Assembly (NCBI GenBank): GCA_035649175.1
Contig: DASRKB010000102.1
Span: forward strand, 4,300-68,299
Source of the DNA: Burkholderiales bacterium
Lineage (GTDB): Bacteria > Pseudomonadota > Gammaproteobacteria > Burkholderiales > SG8-39
Direction: 5' to 3'
Length of the DNA stretch: 64,000 nt
Part shown: piece by piece, positions 28,330 through 36,223 of the stretch
Position numbering within the stretch: the first letter of the stretch is position 1
Layout: each line of letters starts with the position of its first letter
The notes under the pieces: generated by a model
Databases searched by the model: none
What the model was told of the DNA's origin: nothing
The model's input: only the letters and a program-made list of their open reading frames with translations
Translations under genes and position numbers: made by a program

Positions 28330-29249
28330 GTCTCGACCTGAGCGAATGCGTCCCGCAGCCGGGCGCAGCACTCCGCCACGGCGGCATTCGCGGTATCGAC
28401 GACGCCGCCGAAAAGGATGAAGCCATGCACCATGTCGGAATACTCGCGGTAATCGACCCGTACGCCCGCGCTCATGAGCTTGTCGGCGTACGCATGGCCT
28501 TCGTCGAGGAGCGGGTCGAGACCTGCGGTGACGATATAGGCGGGCGCGACGCCGCGGTGGTCCGCGGCGAGCAGGGGCGAGGCGCGCCAGTCGGTCCAGT
28601 GCGCTCGGTCTGGCAAATAGGCGCCCCGGAAGAAGTCGATCGCCTCGCGCGTCAGCAGATAGCCCTCGCCATTGCGCCTGTGCGAATCGAACTCGCAGCG
28701 CTGATCGGTGGCGGGATAGATGAGGAGCTGGTAGGCGAGGTCGTGCTTCCTGAGCTCGAGCGCCACCACGGCGGCGAGGTTGCCGCCGGCGCTGTCGCCG
28801 CCCACCGCGATGCGCTTGGGATCGATCTTCAAGAGGCCGGGATTGGAGGCGACGTAGCGGGTCGCCACGAGGGCGTCCTCCACCGCCGCCGGGAACGGAT
28901 TCTCCGGCGCGAGCCGGTAGTCCACCGAAAACACCGCGCAGCTCGCCCCGGCGGCGAGCTGGCGGCACAGCACGTCGTGCGTGTCCAGGTCGCCGATGGT
29001 CCAGCCGCCGCCGTGGAAGAAGACCAGGGCGGGCAGCACATCGCCTGAGGGCCGGTACACGCGCACGGCGATCCGATTGTCGATAACCAGTAGCTTCACG
29101 TCGGCCAGCGCGGGGGCCTGAGGCGCCAAGGCCGCGCGCGTGTCGTGATAGATGCGCCGCGCCACGAAGGCCGGCACCGTGTGATACGGCGGCAGCGGCG
29201 AGCGCGCCACGCGCTCGAGAAGGGCCTTCACTTGCGGATGGATTGTCAT
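28326..29249 (-). CDS. Alpha/beta hydrolase, hormone-sensitive-lipase-like esterase
   Basis: 307 aa. HGGGW oxyanion motif, GDSAGG nucleophile elbow, late DPL...H. Confidence 0.88.
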   Translation of the reverse strand: MTIHPQVKALLERVARSPLPPYHTVPAFVARRIYHDTRAALAPQAPALADVKLLVIDNRIAVRVYRPSGDVLPALVFFHGGGWTIGDLDTHDVLCRQLAAGASCAVFSVDYRLAPENPFPAAVEDALVATRYVASNPGLLKIDPKRIAVGGDSAGGNLAAVVALELRKHDLAYQLLIYPATDQRCEFDSHRRNGEGYLLTREAIDFFRGAYLPDRAHWTDWRASPLLAADHRGVAPAYIVTAGLDPLLDEGHAYADKLMSAGVRVDYREYSDMVHGFILFGGVVDTANAAVAECCARLRDAFAQVET

Positions 29250-29276
29250 GTGGGCGGCCGACGGAAGGTCCGTTCG

Positions 29277-29284
29277 ATTATAGT
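29277..29284. promoter_or_regulatory. Overlapping bidirectional -10 elements (ATTATAGT)
   Basis: + strand: TATAGT (29279..29284), 9 nt before ATG 29294. - strand: TATAAT, 27 nt before ATG 29249. This is the same octamer as at 18532..18539. Confidence 0.3.
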
Positions 29285-29293
29285 ATCCGGGCG

Positions 29294-29764
29294 ATGGACG
29301 ACATCAACACGCTGCGGCGCATTCTCGGGGAGAACCGCGTCATTGCGGTCGTCGGGCTCTCGGCGGACTGGTATCGGCCGAGCTATTTCGCCGCCAAGTA
29401 CATGCAGGAGCACGGCTACCGCATCATCCCGGTCAATCCCAAGTACGCGGAGATTCTGGGCGAGAAGTGCTATCGCTCCCTGCGCGACGTTCCGGAGAAG
29501 GTTCAGCTCGTCGACGTGTTCCGCAAGACGCAGGATGTACCGCCGATCGCGGAGGACGCGATCGCGATCGGCGCGAGGGTGCTCTGGCAGCAGCTCGGAG
29601 TGAAGAGCGAGGCGGCGGCGGCCCGGGCGCGCGCCGCCGGTCTGGAAACGGTCATGGATCGGTGCGTGAAGATCGAGCACGGCCGGCTGTTCGGGGGACT
29701 CAACTGGGTGGGGGTCAACACCCGCGTCATCTCGGCGAAACGACCCCGCTGGCTCGCTTACTGA
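29294..29764 (+). CDS. CoA-binding domain protein (YccU-like)
   Basis: Trimmed to ATG 29294. RVIAVVGLSADWYRPSYFAAKYMQEHGYRIIPVNP motif. Confidence 0.85.
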   Translation: MDDINTLRRILGENRVIAVVGLSADWYRPSYFAAKYMQEHGYRIIPVNPKYAEILGEKCYRSLRDVPEKVQLVDVFRKTQDVPPIAEDAIAIGARVLWQQLGVKSEAAAARARAAGLETVMDRCVKIEHGRLFGGLNWVGVNTRVISAKRPRWLAY

Positions 29765-29767
29765 GGT

Positions 29768-30592
29768 ATGCTTTCCGTCATGGGGAGGACAGTCCGGCTG
29801 TTCGAGGGGCGGTTCGGGCGCCTGGTGCTTATCGAGCTCGGCGCTCATGAGTCGGTCCAGGCCCAGAACGATCCGGCGATCGTGCTGCAGCAGGGCGACG
29901 CGGAGGTCGTGTTCCTCAACCCGGGAGAGCTTTACATTGCCCTCGACACTCGCCGCGTCGTGGTGTTCCACGCGGCCGGATCCTGGCTGGGCGAGAGCTT
30001 CCCGGCGGTCTTCGGACAGGAGGATCGCCGCCCCTTTCCCCAGAGCCGCGAAACAATCACGCCGCGCATCCGCCAGCTCGCCGAAACGCTCGCCATCGAG
30101 GTGCTGAACGACCGGTTCCTCTCGCCCGAGCGCCTCGAGTTCATCTTGCAGGAGCTCCTGCTCTCGATCGTCGAGACCTACCTCGCGCCGCGCAAGGCCT
30201 CCACGCTCTGGGAGGGATCGCGCTTTGAGGACACGCGCATCCGCGAGGCGATCGCGCTGCTGCGCGCGCATCCGAACAAGGACCTCAACATGAACGACCT
30301 CGCCAGCAAGGTCGGCCTGTCGCGCTCGCGCTTCTACGATCTTTTCCAGATCTGCACCGGCTTTTCGCCGCGGGCCTATCTCGACATGCTGTGCGTCCAG
30401 ACCGCGATCTCGCGCCTGTCCTCCACGCGGCAGACGATCGCCGACGTGGCGGCCGAGCTTGGTTTCTCCGCGCAGAGCAACTTCACGCGCTTCTTCCTGA
30501 ACCAGGTGGGGGTGCCGCCGTCCAAGTACCGCCGCGCTGCGGCGGGCGAGCAGGCCGACGAGCCGGAGAGCGATCCGGGCGACCGCGACTAG
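29768..30592 (+). CDS. AraC family transcriptional regulator
   Basis: 274 aa. C-terminal double HTH: MNDLASKVGLSRSRFYDLFQ...IADVAAELGFSAQSNFTRFF. Confidence 0.88.
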   Translation: MLSVMGRTVRLFEGRFGRLVLIELGAHESVQAQNDPAIVLQQGDAEVVFLNPGELYIALDTRRVVVFHAAGSWLGESFPAVFGQEDRRPFPQSRETITPRIRQLAETLAIEVLNDRFLSPERLEFILQELLLSIVETYLAPRKASTLWEGSRFEDTRIREAIALLRAHPNKDLNMNDLASKVGLSRSRFYDLFQICTGFSPRAYLDMLCVQTAISRLSSTRQTIADVAAELGFSAQSNFTRFFLNQVGVPPSKYRRAAAGEQADEPESDPGDRD

Positions 30593-30595
30593 TCG

Positions 30596-31900
30596 ATGGC
30601 CGACCGAAAGTTCGGCATTGAGACGCTCTGCCTGCATGCGGGGCAGATCCCCGATGCTGCCACCGGCGCCCGCGCGGCGCCGATCTACCAGACGACCTCG
30701 TTCGTGTTCGACTCCGCGGAGCACGCGGCGAGCCTGTTCAACCTCCAGACCTTCGGCAACGTCTACTCGCGCATCTCGAACCCCACCGTGGCGGTGCTCG
30801 AGGAGCGCATGGCGGCCGTGGAGGGCGGCCGCTCGGCGCTCGCTACTGCGACCGGGCAGGCCGCGGAAGCGACCGCCATCCTGACGCTGTGCAGCGCCGG
30901 CGATCACATCGTCTCGGCCTCGACGCTTTACGGCGGCACGCATACCCTGCTGCACGTTAATCTGCGCAAGCTCGGCATCGAGACGACCTTTGTCCATCCT
31001 GACAATCCGGAGGACCTGCGAAAGGCCATCCGGCCGAATACCAAGCTCGTGTTCGCCGAGACGCTCGGGAATCCACTCATCAATGTGATCGACATCGAAG
31101 CGCTGGCGAAGATCGCCCACGACGCGCAGATTCCGCTCGTCCTCGACAACACGGTGCCCTCGCCTTACCTCTGCCGCCCGATCGAGTGGGGTGCGGACAT
31201 CGTGGTGCACTCCGCGACCAAGTACATCGGCGGCCACGGCACCACGATGGGCGGGGTGATCGTCGAGGCGGGGAAGTTCGACTGGGGCAACGGCAAGTTC
31301 CCCGAGTTCACCTCGCCCTCCCCGGGCTACCACGGCGTCATCTTCCACGAGACCTTCGGCGACTTCGGCTACACCATGAAGGCGCGCATGGAGATCATGC
31401 GCACCTTCGGCCCTGCGCTCTCGCCCATGAACGCTTGGCTGCTGCTGCAGGGCCTCGAGTCCCTGCATGTGCGCATGGAGCGCCATTGCGCCAATGCGCT
31501 CGCGGTCGCGAAGTTCCTCAAGGACCATCCGCGCGTCGCATGGGTAAACTACCCCGGGCTGCCCGACAGCAGATACTTTTCCTTGTCCCAGAAGTATTTT
31601 CCGAAAGGCGCGTCGGGCTTGCTGAACTTCGGCATCAAGGGAGAAACTCCACGGGCGGCGGCTCAGGCCGGCGAGCGGTTCATCGAGGCAGCGCAGTTCA
31701 TGAGCCACCTGGCGAACATCGGCGACGCCAAGACCCTCGTCATCCATCCCGCCTCGACCACGCACCGGCAGATGAGCGAGGCCGACCAGCTCAAGGCCGG
31801 GGTGACGCCCGACATGATCCGCGTCTCGGTCGGCATCGAGACCCTCGACGACATCCTTTGGGACATCGACCAAGCACTGAACGAGGCGGGGAAAGCATGA
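30596..31900 (+). CDS. metY: O-acetylhomoserine aminocarboxypropyltransferase / sulfhydrylase
   Basis: 434 aa. FGIETLCLHAGQ...AAPIYQTTSFVF..., PLP lysine region HSATKYIGGHG. Confidence 0.92.
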   Translation: MADRKFGIETLCLHAGQIPDAATGARAAPIYQTTSFVFDSAEHAASLFNLQTFGNVYSRISNPTVAVLEERMAAVEGGRSALATATGQAAEATAILTLCSAGDHIVSASTLYGGTHTLLHVNLRKLGIETTFVHPDNPEDLRKAIRPNTKLVFAETLGNPLINVIDIEALAKIAHDAQIPLVLDNTVPSPYLCRPIEWGADIVVHSATKYIGGHGTTMGGVIVEAGKFDWGNGKFPEFTSPSPGYHGVIFHETFGDFGYTMKARMEIMRTFGPALSPMNAWLLLQGLESLHVRMERHCANALAVAKFLKDHPRVAWVNYPGLPDSRYFSLSQKYFPKGASGLLNFGIKGETPRAAAQAGERFIEAAQFMSHLANIGDAKTLVIHPASTTHRQMSEADQLKAGVTPDMIRVSVGIETLDDILWDIDQALNEAGKA

Positions 31901-32952
31901 TCAGCTATCAGGTCGTCGAGCATGGCAAGCCGCTGCAGAAGGTGGTCTTGGAGAAGCCGAAACCGAAGGGCACGGAGGTGCTGGTGCGCGTCACGCGCTC
32001 CGGCGTTTGCCACTCGGATCTGCACATCTGGGAGGGGTTCTTCGACTGGGGCGGCGGCAAGCGCTTTTACGTAAAGGAGCGCGGCTGCGTGCCGCCCTTC
32101 ACGCTGGGACACGAGCCCTTCGGCGTCGTCGAGGCGGTAGGTCCCCGCGCGAAGGGAGTGCGGGTCGGCCAGAAACGCATCATCTATCCCTGGATCGGCT
32201 GCGGCAAGTGCACCGTGTGCAAGGCCGGCCAGGACAACTACTGCGTCTCGGGGTCGCGCTACCTCGGCGTCAACGTCGCCGGCGCGTACTCGACCCATGT
32301 GCTCGTGCCGGATGCGAAGTACCTGGTAGACGCCGCGGGCGTCGAGGAGTCCTTCGCGGCCACGCTCGCCTGCTCTGCGCTCACCGCCTACAGCGCGGCC
32401 TCGAAGCTGCCGACGCTCGGCGCGAAGGACCGCGTGGCGGTGATCGGGTGCGGCGGCGTGGGGCTTTCGGGCGTCTCCGTGCTGCGGGCACGAGGCGCCA
32501 AGCGCATCATCGCCTGCGACATCGATCCCGCAAAGCTCGCGGTTGCGGCGAAGCTCGGGGCGCATGACACGGTGAATACGCGCGCGCCGGATGCAGCAGC
32601 GCGCCTGAGCGGGATTGCCGGGGTCATCGACTTCGTGGGTGCCCCCGCCACTGCCGCGCTCGGGCTGGGCGCTCTGCGCAAAGGCGGACGCTACGTCCTG
32701 GTTGGCCTCTACGGCGGCGAGCTCGTCCATCCACTGCCGCCGTTCGCGCAACGCGCCATCGGCATCGTCGGCTCGTATGTCGGCAATCTCCAGGAACTGA
32801 AGGAAGTGGTAGGGCTCGCGAAGCGCAAGAAGCTCAAGCCCCAGCCGATCGAGACGCGCGCCGCCGAGCGCGCCAACGCAGCGCTCGAGGACTTGAAGGC
32901 CGGGCGCGTCTTCGGTCGCGTGGTGCTCGACTTCGAGAGCCTCGCCGCTTGA
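31897..32952 (+). CDS. Zinc-dependent alcohol dehydrogenase (MDR family)
   Basis: Trimmed to ATG 31897 (ATGA overlap with the metY stop). GVCHSDLH, GHEPFG, structural Zn CGKCTVCKAGQDNYC, Rossmann VIGCGGVG. Confidence 0.88.
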   Translation: MISYQVVEHGKPLQKVVLEKPKPKGTEVLVRVTRSGVCHSDLHIWEGFFDWGGGKRFYVKERGCVPPFTLGHEPFGVVEAVGPRAKGVRVGQKRIIYPWIGCGKCTVCKAGQDNYCVSGSRYLGVNVAGAYSTHVLVPDAKYLVDAAGVEESFAATLACSALTAYSAASKLPTLGAKDRVAVIGCGGVGLSGVSVLRARGAKRIIACDIDPAKLAVAAKLGAHDTVNTRAPDAAARLSGIAGVIDFVGAPATAALGLGALRKGGRYVLVGLYGGELVHPLPPFAQRAIGIVGSYVGNLQELKEVVGLAKRKKLKPQPIETRAAERANAALEDLKAGRVFGRVVLDFESLAA

Positions 32953-32967
32953 GCGACGCCCCGCCCG

Positions 32968-33009
32968 CTAGTTGAGCTTGTAGGATACGAGCTCGAGATC
33001 GTAGTCCGG
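32968..33009. repeat. 42-bp perfect direct repeat, copy 1
   Basis: ctagttgagcttgtaggatacgagctcgagatcgtagtccgg, identical to 36182..36223. Confidence 0.97.
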
Positions 33010-33171
33010 ACCCCAGGGGTTGCCGCTCAGGGTGCGCAGGCTGGACTTGAACAGGCGCTTGGGCGAGTCGGCGTACCAAAACCTGCCGCGGCGCTGAGTA
33101 TGGAATCCGCCCCGCGAGGCGGTCAGCTGGACATCGATGTCGTCCCAGCGCATGCCGGGCTTCGTGGCCAT
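32968..33171 (-). pseudogene. 67-codon remnant (or stand-alone small ORF) homologous to the extreme C-terminus of the caspase-like protein
   Basis: ...QRRGRFWYADSPKRLFKSSLRTLSGNPWGPDYDLELVSYKLN aligns with ...QRRATFWYAEAAKRLVKSTMRTYSQGGQAPDYDLELVSYKLN of ORF 36182..37849. An in-frame TGA lies 3 codons upstream of its ATG. Confidence 0.55.
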
Positions 33172-33400
33172 GATCCCTTCTCACGAGGGCGGGTACGCCA
33201 CTTCCGTCAGCGGCAGTTCTTCTGGTCTTCTGGTCGCGCCCCCTTGCTCACATGATATGAGGATATTTTCCGCGTGCCTATTCGGTTCCGGATGCGAAAG
33301 CAGGCGCAGCGGCTTCTAGTGGGTACCCTATACCAACGGTGCACAGGGGGCGGGGTGGTACTCTCGCGTCGACCGGGTCGGCGTCGTCCAGGGGGATAGC

Positions 33401-35164
33401 GTGCAGACAAGAACGAAGATCGCAGCCGTAATAATCATTGCGGCAGCCACGGTCTTTTTCGAAACTGTCGATCTTTCTGCATCGCCGCAGTACCGTCTCC
33501 TCGATGCACAGTTCGCCTTGCTGAGAACCTGGGTTCCACGCCCCGCAGCGCGGGAAGTGGTGATAGTCGGCATTGATGAGGAGACCACACGCAGCATCGC
33601 CGAGCCGATTACGCTCTGGCATAGCCACCTCGCCAAGTTCTTCTTCGCCATGGCACAGGCAAGGCCTGCGGTCGTGGGCGTGGACATCGTCCTGCCAGAC
33701 CGCAGCTTCGACGCAGTCGTGCCAGGCATTGACAAGGTGCTGCTTGCAGGATTGCTCGAGGCGCGACGCAGCCATCCGGTGGTGCTTGGTCTCACCGTCG
33801 ACTTCTCAGGAAATCGACGCCCTATACATGCGCCGTTTCTGGCGGTAGCGGGACCGGCCGGGGCCGGGTACGTACTCATGCCGGTCGACCACGACGGACA
33901 CGTCAGGCGCTTCGATGAAAGGCTAGGCGCGAACCGCGAACGAGTACCGACATTGGCAGGGCAGATGGCGCGGCATCTGCAAGTGGAGCCAGGGGCGGGC
34001 CTCATTGATTTTTGGCGCGGCTCGCCCTTCGATTACATTCCGTTTCACCAGCTCGCGCAATGGTCCGATAGCGGAGACCACCGCGCGCTCCAGCAGGCAT
34101 TTCGCGACAAGCCGGTGCTGCTCGGAACCGTATGGAGGTACGAGGATCGAACGCGCGTCCCCACCAAGCTTGCCGCATGGGACAGCGCGGCGCTCGATGT
34201 GCCTGGCGTGGTCCTTCATGCCCAGGCGTTACGCACGATCCTCGGCAACGGTCTGGTGCGGGACGTTCCGCACGGCGTCACCCTCGCGTTGACCGCGGCA
34301 AGCGCGCTGCTTTGGCTTGTCTCAGCCAGCACGTTGGCCGTTCTCGCGGTCTTCATCGTCATGTCAGCGATGCTTCTCGCGGTTTCGACCTGGCTCCTCG
34401 CCAATGGATGGTTCCTGCCGACCGCGGCCCCCGCTCTCGGCGCTGCGCTCGCCCTCGCCGGACGCAATGTCGCGGACACGCTGCAGAAGCTGCGCGAGCG
34501 GCGGCGGCTCCGCAGTTCATTCTCGGGCTATGTCAGCCCGGCGGTCATGGAGGAGATCCTTGCCGGGCGCGTGCAGCCGGACCTCGGCGGCGAGAACCAC
34601 TTCGTATGCATCATGTTCTCGGACATTCGCGGCTATACCACTCGCAGCGAACAGATGGCGCCGCAGCAGGTGATTCGCTTTCTCAACTGTTATTTCGAAG
34701 AGGTCGTGACACTCATCCATGCGCGGGGCGGGAGCGTCGTGAGCTTCATGGGAGACGGCATCATGGCGGTATTCGGTGCGCCGAAACAGCTCGAGAATCC
34801 CTGCCAGAGCGCATTCGACGCCGCGCGCGACATGCTTGAGCATGTTGCCGGACTGAACGAGCAGCTCGAGGCGAAAGCAGCGATAGAGATCGGCGTCGGA
34901 CTCCACGCCGGAGAGGCAGTGATTGGCCACGTCGGGTCTTCCGCCCGTCACGACTATACGGCCATTGGGGACGCAACCAACGTCGCCTCTCGCCTGGAAG
35001 GACTTACCAAGGAAGCCGGCTATTGTATCGTCTTATCGAGAGCGGTAGTCGAGCAACTGCGGGAGCCTGCCGAACTCGAGTTCCTTGGACCCACGGCGAT
35101 CAAGGGCCATACCCCTGTTGAAGTTTTCGGCTATAAGAGCATTAGGGCCCGCGCCGGCATTTGA
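33401..35164 (+). CDS. CHASE2 sensor domain-containing class III adenylate/guanylate cyclase
   Basis: 587 aa, GTG start with GGGGGA upstream. N-terminal TM (IAAVIIIAAATVFF). About 280-aa CHASE2-like ectodomain (VVIVGIDEET...VGVDIVLPD...). 3 TM (residues about 293-350). Cyclase motifs FSDIRGYT, GDGIMAVFGAP, IGDATNVASRLE. Confidence 0.9.
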   Translation: MQTRTKIAAVIIIAAATVFFETVDLSASPQYRLLDAQFALLRTWVPRPAAREVVIVGIDEETTRSIAEPITLWHSHLAKFFFAMAQARPAVVGVDIVLPDRSFDAVVPGIDKVLLAGLLEARRSHPVVLGLTVDFSGNRRPIHAPFLAVAGPAGAGYVLMPVDHDGHVRRFDERLGANRERVPTLAGQMARHLQVEPGAGLIDFWRGSPFDYIPFHQLAQWSDSGDHRALQQAFRDKPVLLGTVWRYEDRTRVPTKLAAWDSAALDVPGVVLHAQALRTILGNGLVRDVPHGVTLALTAASALLWLVSASTLAVLAVFIVMSAMLLAVSTWLLANGWFLPTAAPALGAALALAGRNVADTLQKLRERRRLRSSFSGYVSPAVMEEILAGRVQPDLGGENHFVCIMFSDIRGYTTRSEQMAPQQVIRFLNCYFEEVVTLIHARGGSVVSFMGDGIMAVFGAPKQLENPCQSAFDAARDMLEHVAGLNEQLEAKAAIEIGVGLHAGEAVIGHVGSSARHDYTAIGDATNVASRLEGLTKEAGYCIVLSRAVVEQLREPAELEFLGPTAIKGHTPVEVFGYKSIRARAGI

Positions 35165-35238
35165 TTTTCTGGCGCTACACTGGAGCGGCGCCCATGCTTG
35201 CGCCGTGCTGGTCTTCCACCAAATGGGGAGTGGAGGAA

Positions 35239-36093
35239 GTGACGCTGTCGCTGCCGCCCTTGTGCACCGTTCTGGTTTGGGCATTGACTGTGCTCGCGTT
35301 GCCCGCAATGGCGAGCAGTGTGGCGATCGTGACGGACCTTTCCGGCAAAGCGACCGCCGAAGGCATGAACGTCGCCATTCTTTTTGAGATACGGGAGGAC
35401 GCCCGTGTTGAAGTAACCGACGGGACGCGAATGGTTGCGGTTTATTTCTCGTCTGGTGAGGAATACACCTTCACGGGTCCGGCACAGATCCACTTTCGCC
35501 CCGGTGAGCCGCAAGTATTGAGCGGCCCAAAAGCAGAGAAGCGCTCCAATCCGCTCGCCAGGAGCGGAAGAAACGTCGCGATCAAACCAATCGGCGTCGC
35601 CCAAGCGGGTTTCGTCATGCGCAGTTGGCGCAATACCGCGCGGGTCAAGCTGCTAAGTCCATCCGGCACCCTGACGCTCGAGCATAGCCCCGAATTCCGC
35701 TGGACCGAGGTAGAGTCGGCCCTGAGATACCACTTCGAGCTTACCGACGACACCGGGGAGCCCCTCTACGAAGCCAACGTGGCGGCATCCTCGCTGCGCT
35801 TGCCCGCTTCGTTGCGCTTGCGAGAAGGCGCGCGATACACCTGGCAAGTGTCGACGCGGTTGTCCAACGGACGGCGCTATGTAGGCGCCAGCGATTTCAG
35901 CGTCGCGTCACCCGAGCTTCGTTCGGAGGCGGAAGCTCTGCGGCCCGTTGCCACCGCACCGGTATCCGCGCAAGTCACATTCGCGTTGTGGCTGGAGCAG
36001 ATGGAATTGAAGGACGAAGCGCGCAAGTACTGGAAGGCAGTGGCGAGCGAGCGGCCGCGCGACGAGCGGCTGAAGACGCTCAGTGTGGATTAA
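35239..36093 (+). CDS. Secreted FecR-like / DUF928-like protein (start uncertain: 35161, 35194, 35230 or 35239)
   Basis: Signal peptide MTLSLPPLCTVLVWALTVLALPAMA. The N-half looks FecR-like (VAIVTDLSGKATAEG...VEVTDGTRMVAVYFSSGEEYTF). The C-half resembles DUF928 (SPEFRWTEV..YHFELTDDTGEPLYEA..LREGARYTWQV). Assigned by eye only. Confidence 0.55.
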   Translation: MTLSLPPLCTVLVWALTVLALPAMASSVAIVTDLSGKATAEGMNVAILFEIREDARVEVTDGTRMVAVYFSSGEEYTFTGPAQIHFRPGEPQVLSGPKAEKRSNPLARSGRNVAIKPIGVAQAGFVMRSWRNTARVKLLSPSGTLTLEHSPEFRWTEVESALRYHFELTDDTGEPLYEANVAASSLRLPASLRLREGARYTWQVSTRLSNGRRYVGASDFSVASPELRSEAEALRPVATAPVSAQVTFALWLEQMELKDEARKYWKAVASERPRDERLKTLSVD

Positions 36094-36181
36094 GGAGTTT
36101 CGGCCGTTGAACTGCAGAGGAAGATCGACGCGCCGGGCAGGATGATTTGAATCAGGCCCCCCTCGCACATAAGCGCGCGCT

Positions 36182-36223
36182 CTAGTTGAGCTTGTAGGAT
36201 ACGAGCTCGAGATCGTAGTCCGG
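36182..36223. repeat. 42-bp perfect direct repeat, copy 2
   Basis: Identical to 32968..33009. Encodes PDYDLELVSYKLN* of the caspase-like gene. Confidence 0.97.

Noticed and set aside
29246-31873. 875-aa ORF on the minus strand opposite the CoA-binding, AraC and metY genes. Similar long antisense ORFs occur at 10017..11630(-), 16628..18007(+), 37740..39350(-), 44649..45968(-), 52673..54391(+), 54294..55643(+), 6492..7838(+), 60748..62031(+) and 23976..24989(-).
   Set aside because: In GC-rich DNA, antisense frames of real genes lack stop codons. These translations are dominated by Arg/Ala/Gly/Pro/His/Asp runs with no recognisable motifs. The opposite strand encodes proteins with clear family signatures.
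33172-33400. 229-bp AT-richer spacer upstream of the cyclase gene. I looked for decayed caspase coding sequence, small RNAs, or a clear promoter.
   Set aside because: There is no frame with residual similarity to the caspase-like protein beyond the 67-codon ORF. There is no convincing -35/-10 pair or terminator-like hairpin. Only trivial short palindromes (e.g. GGTACC) were seen.
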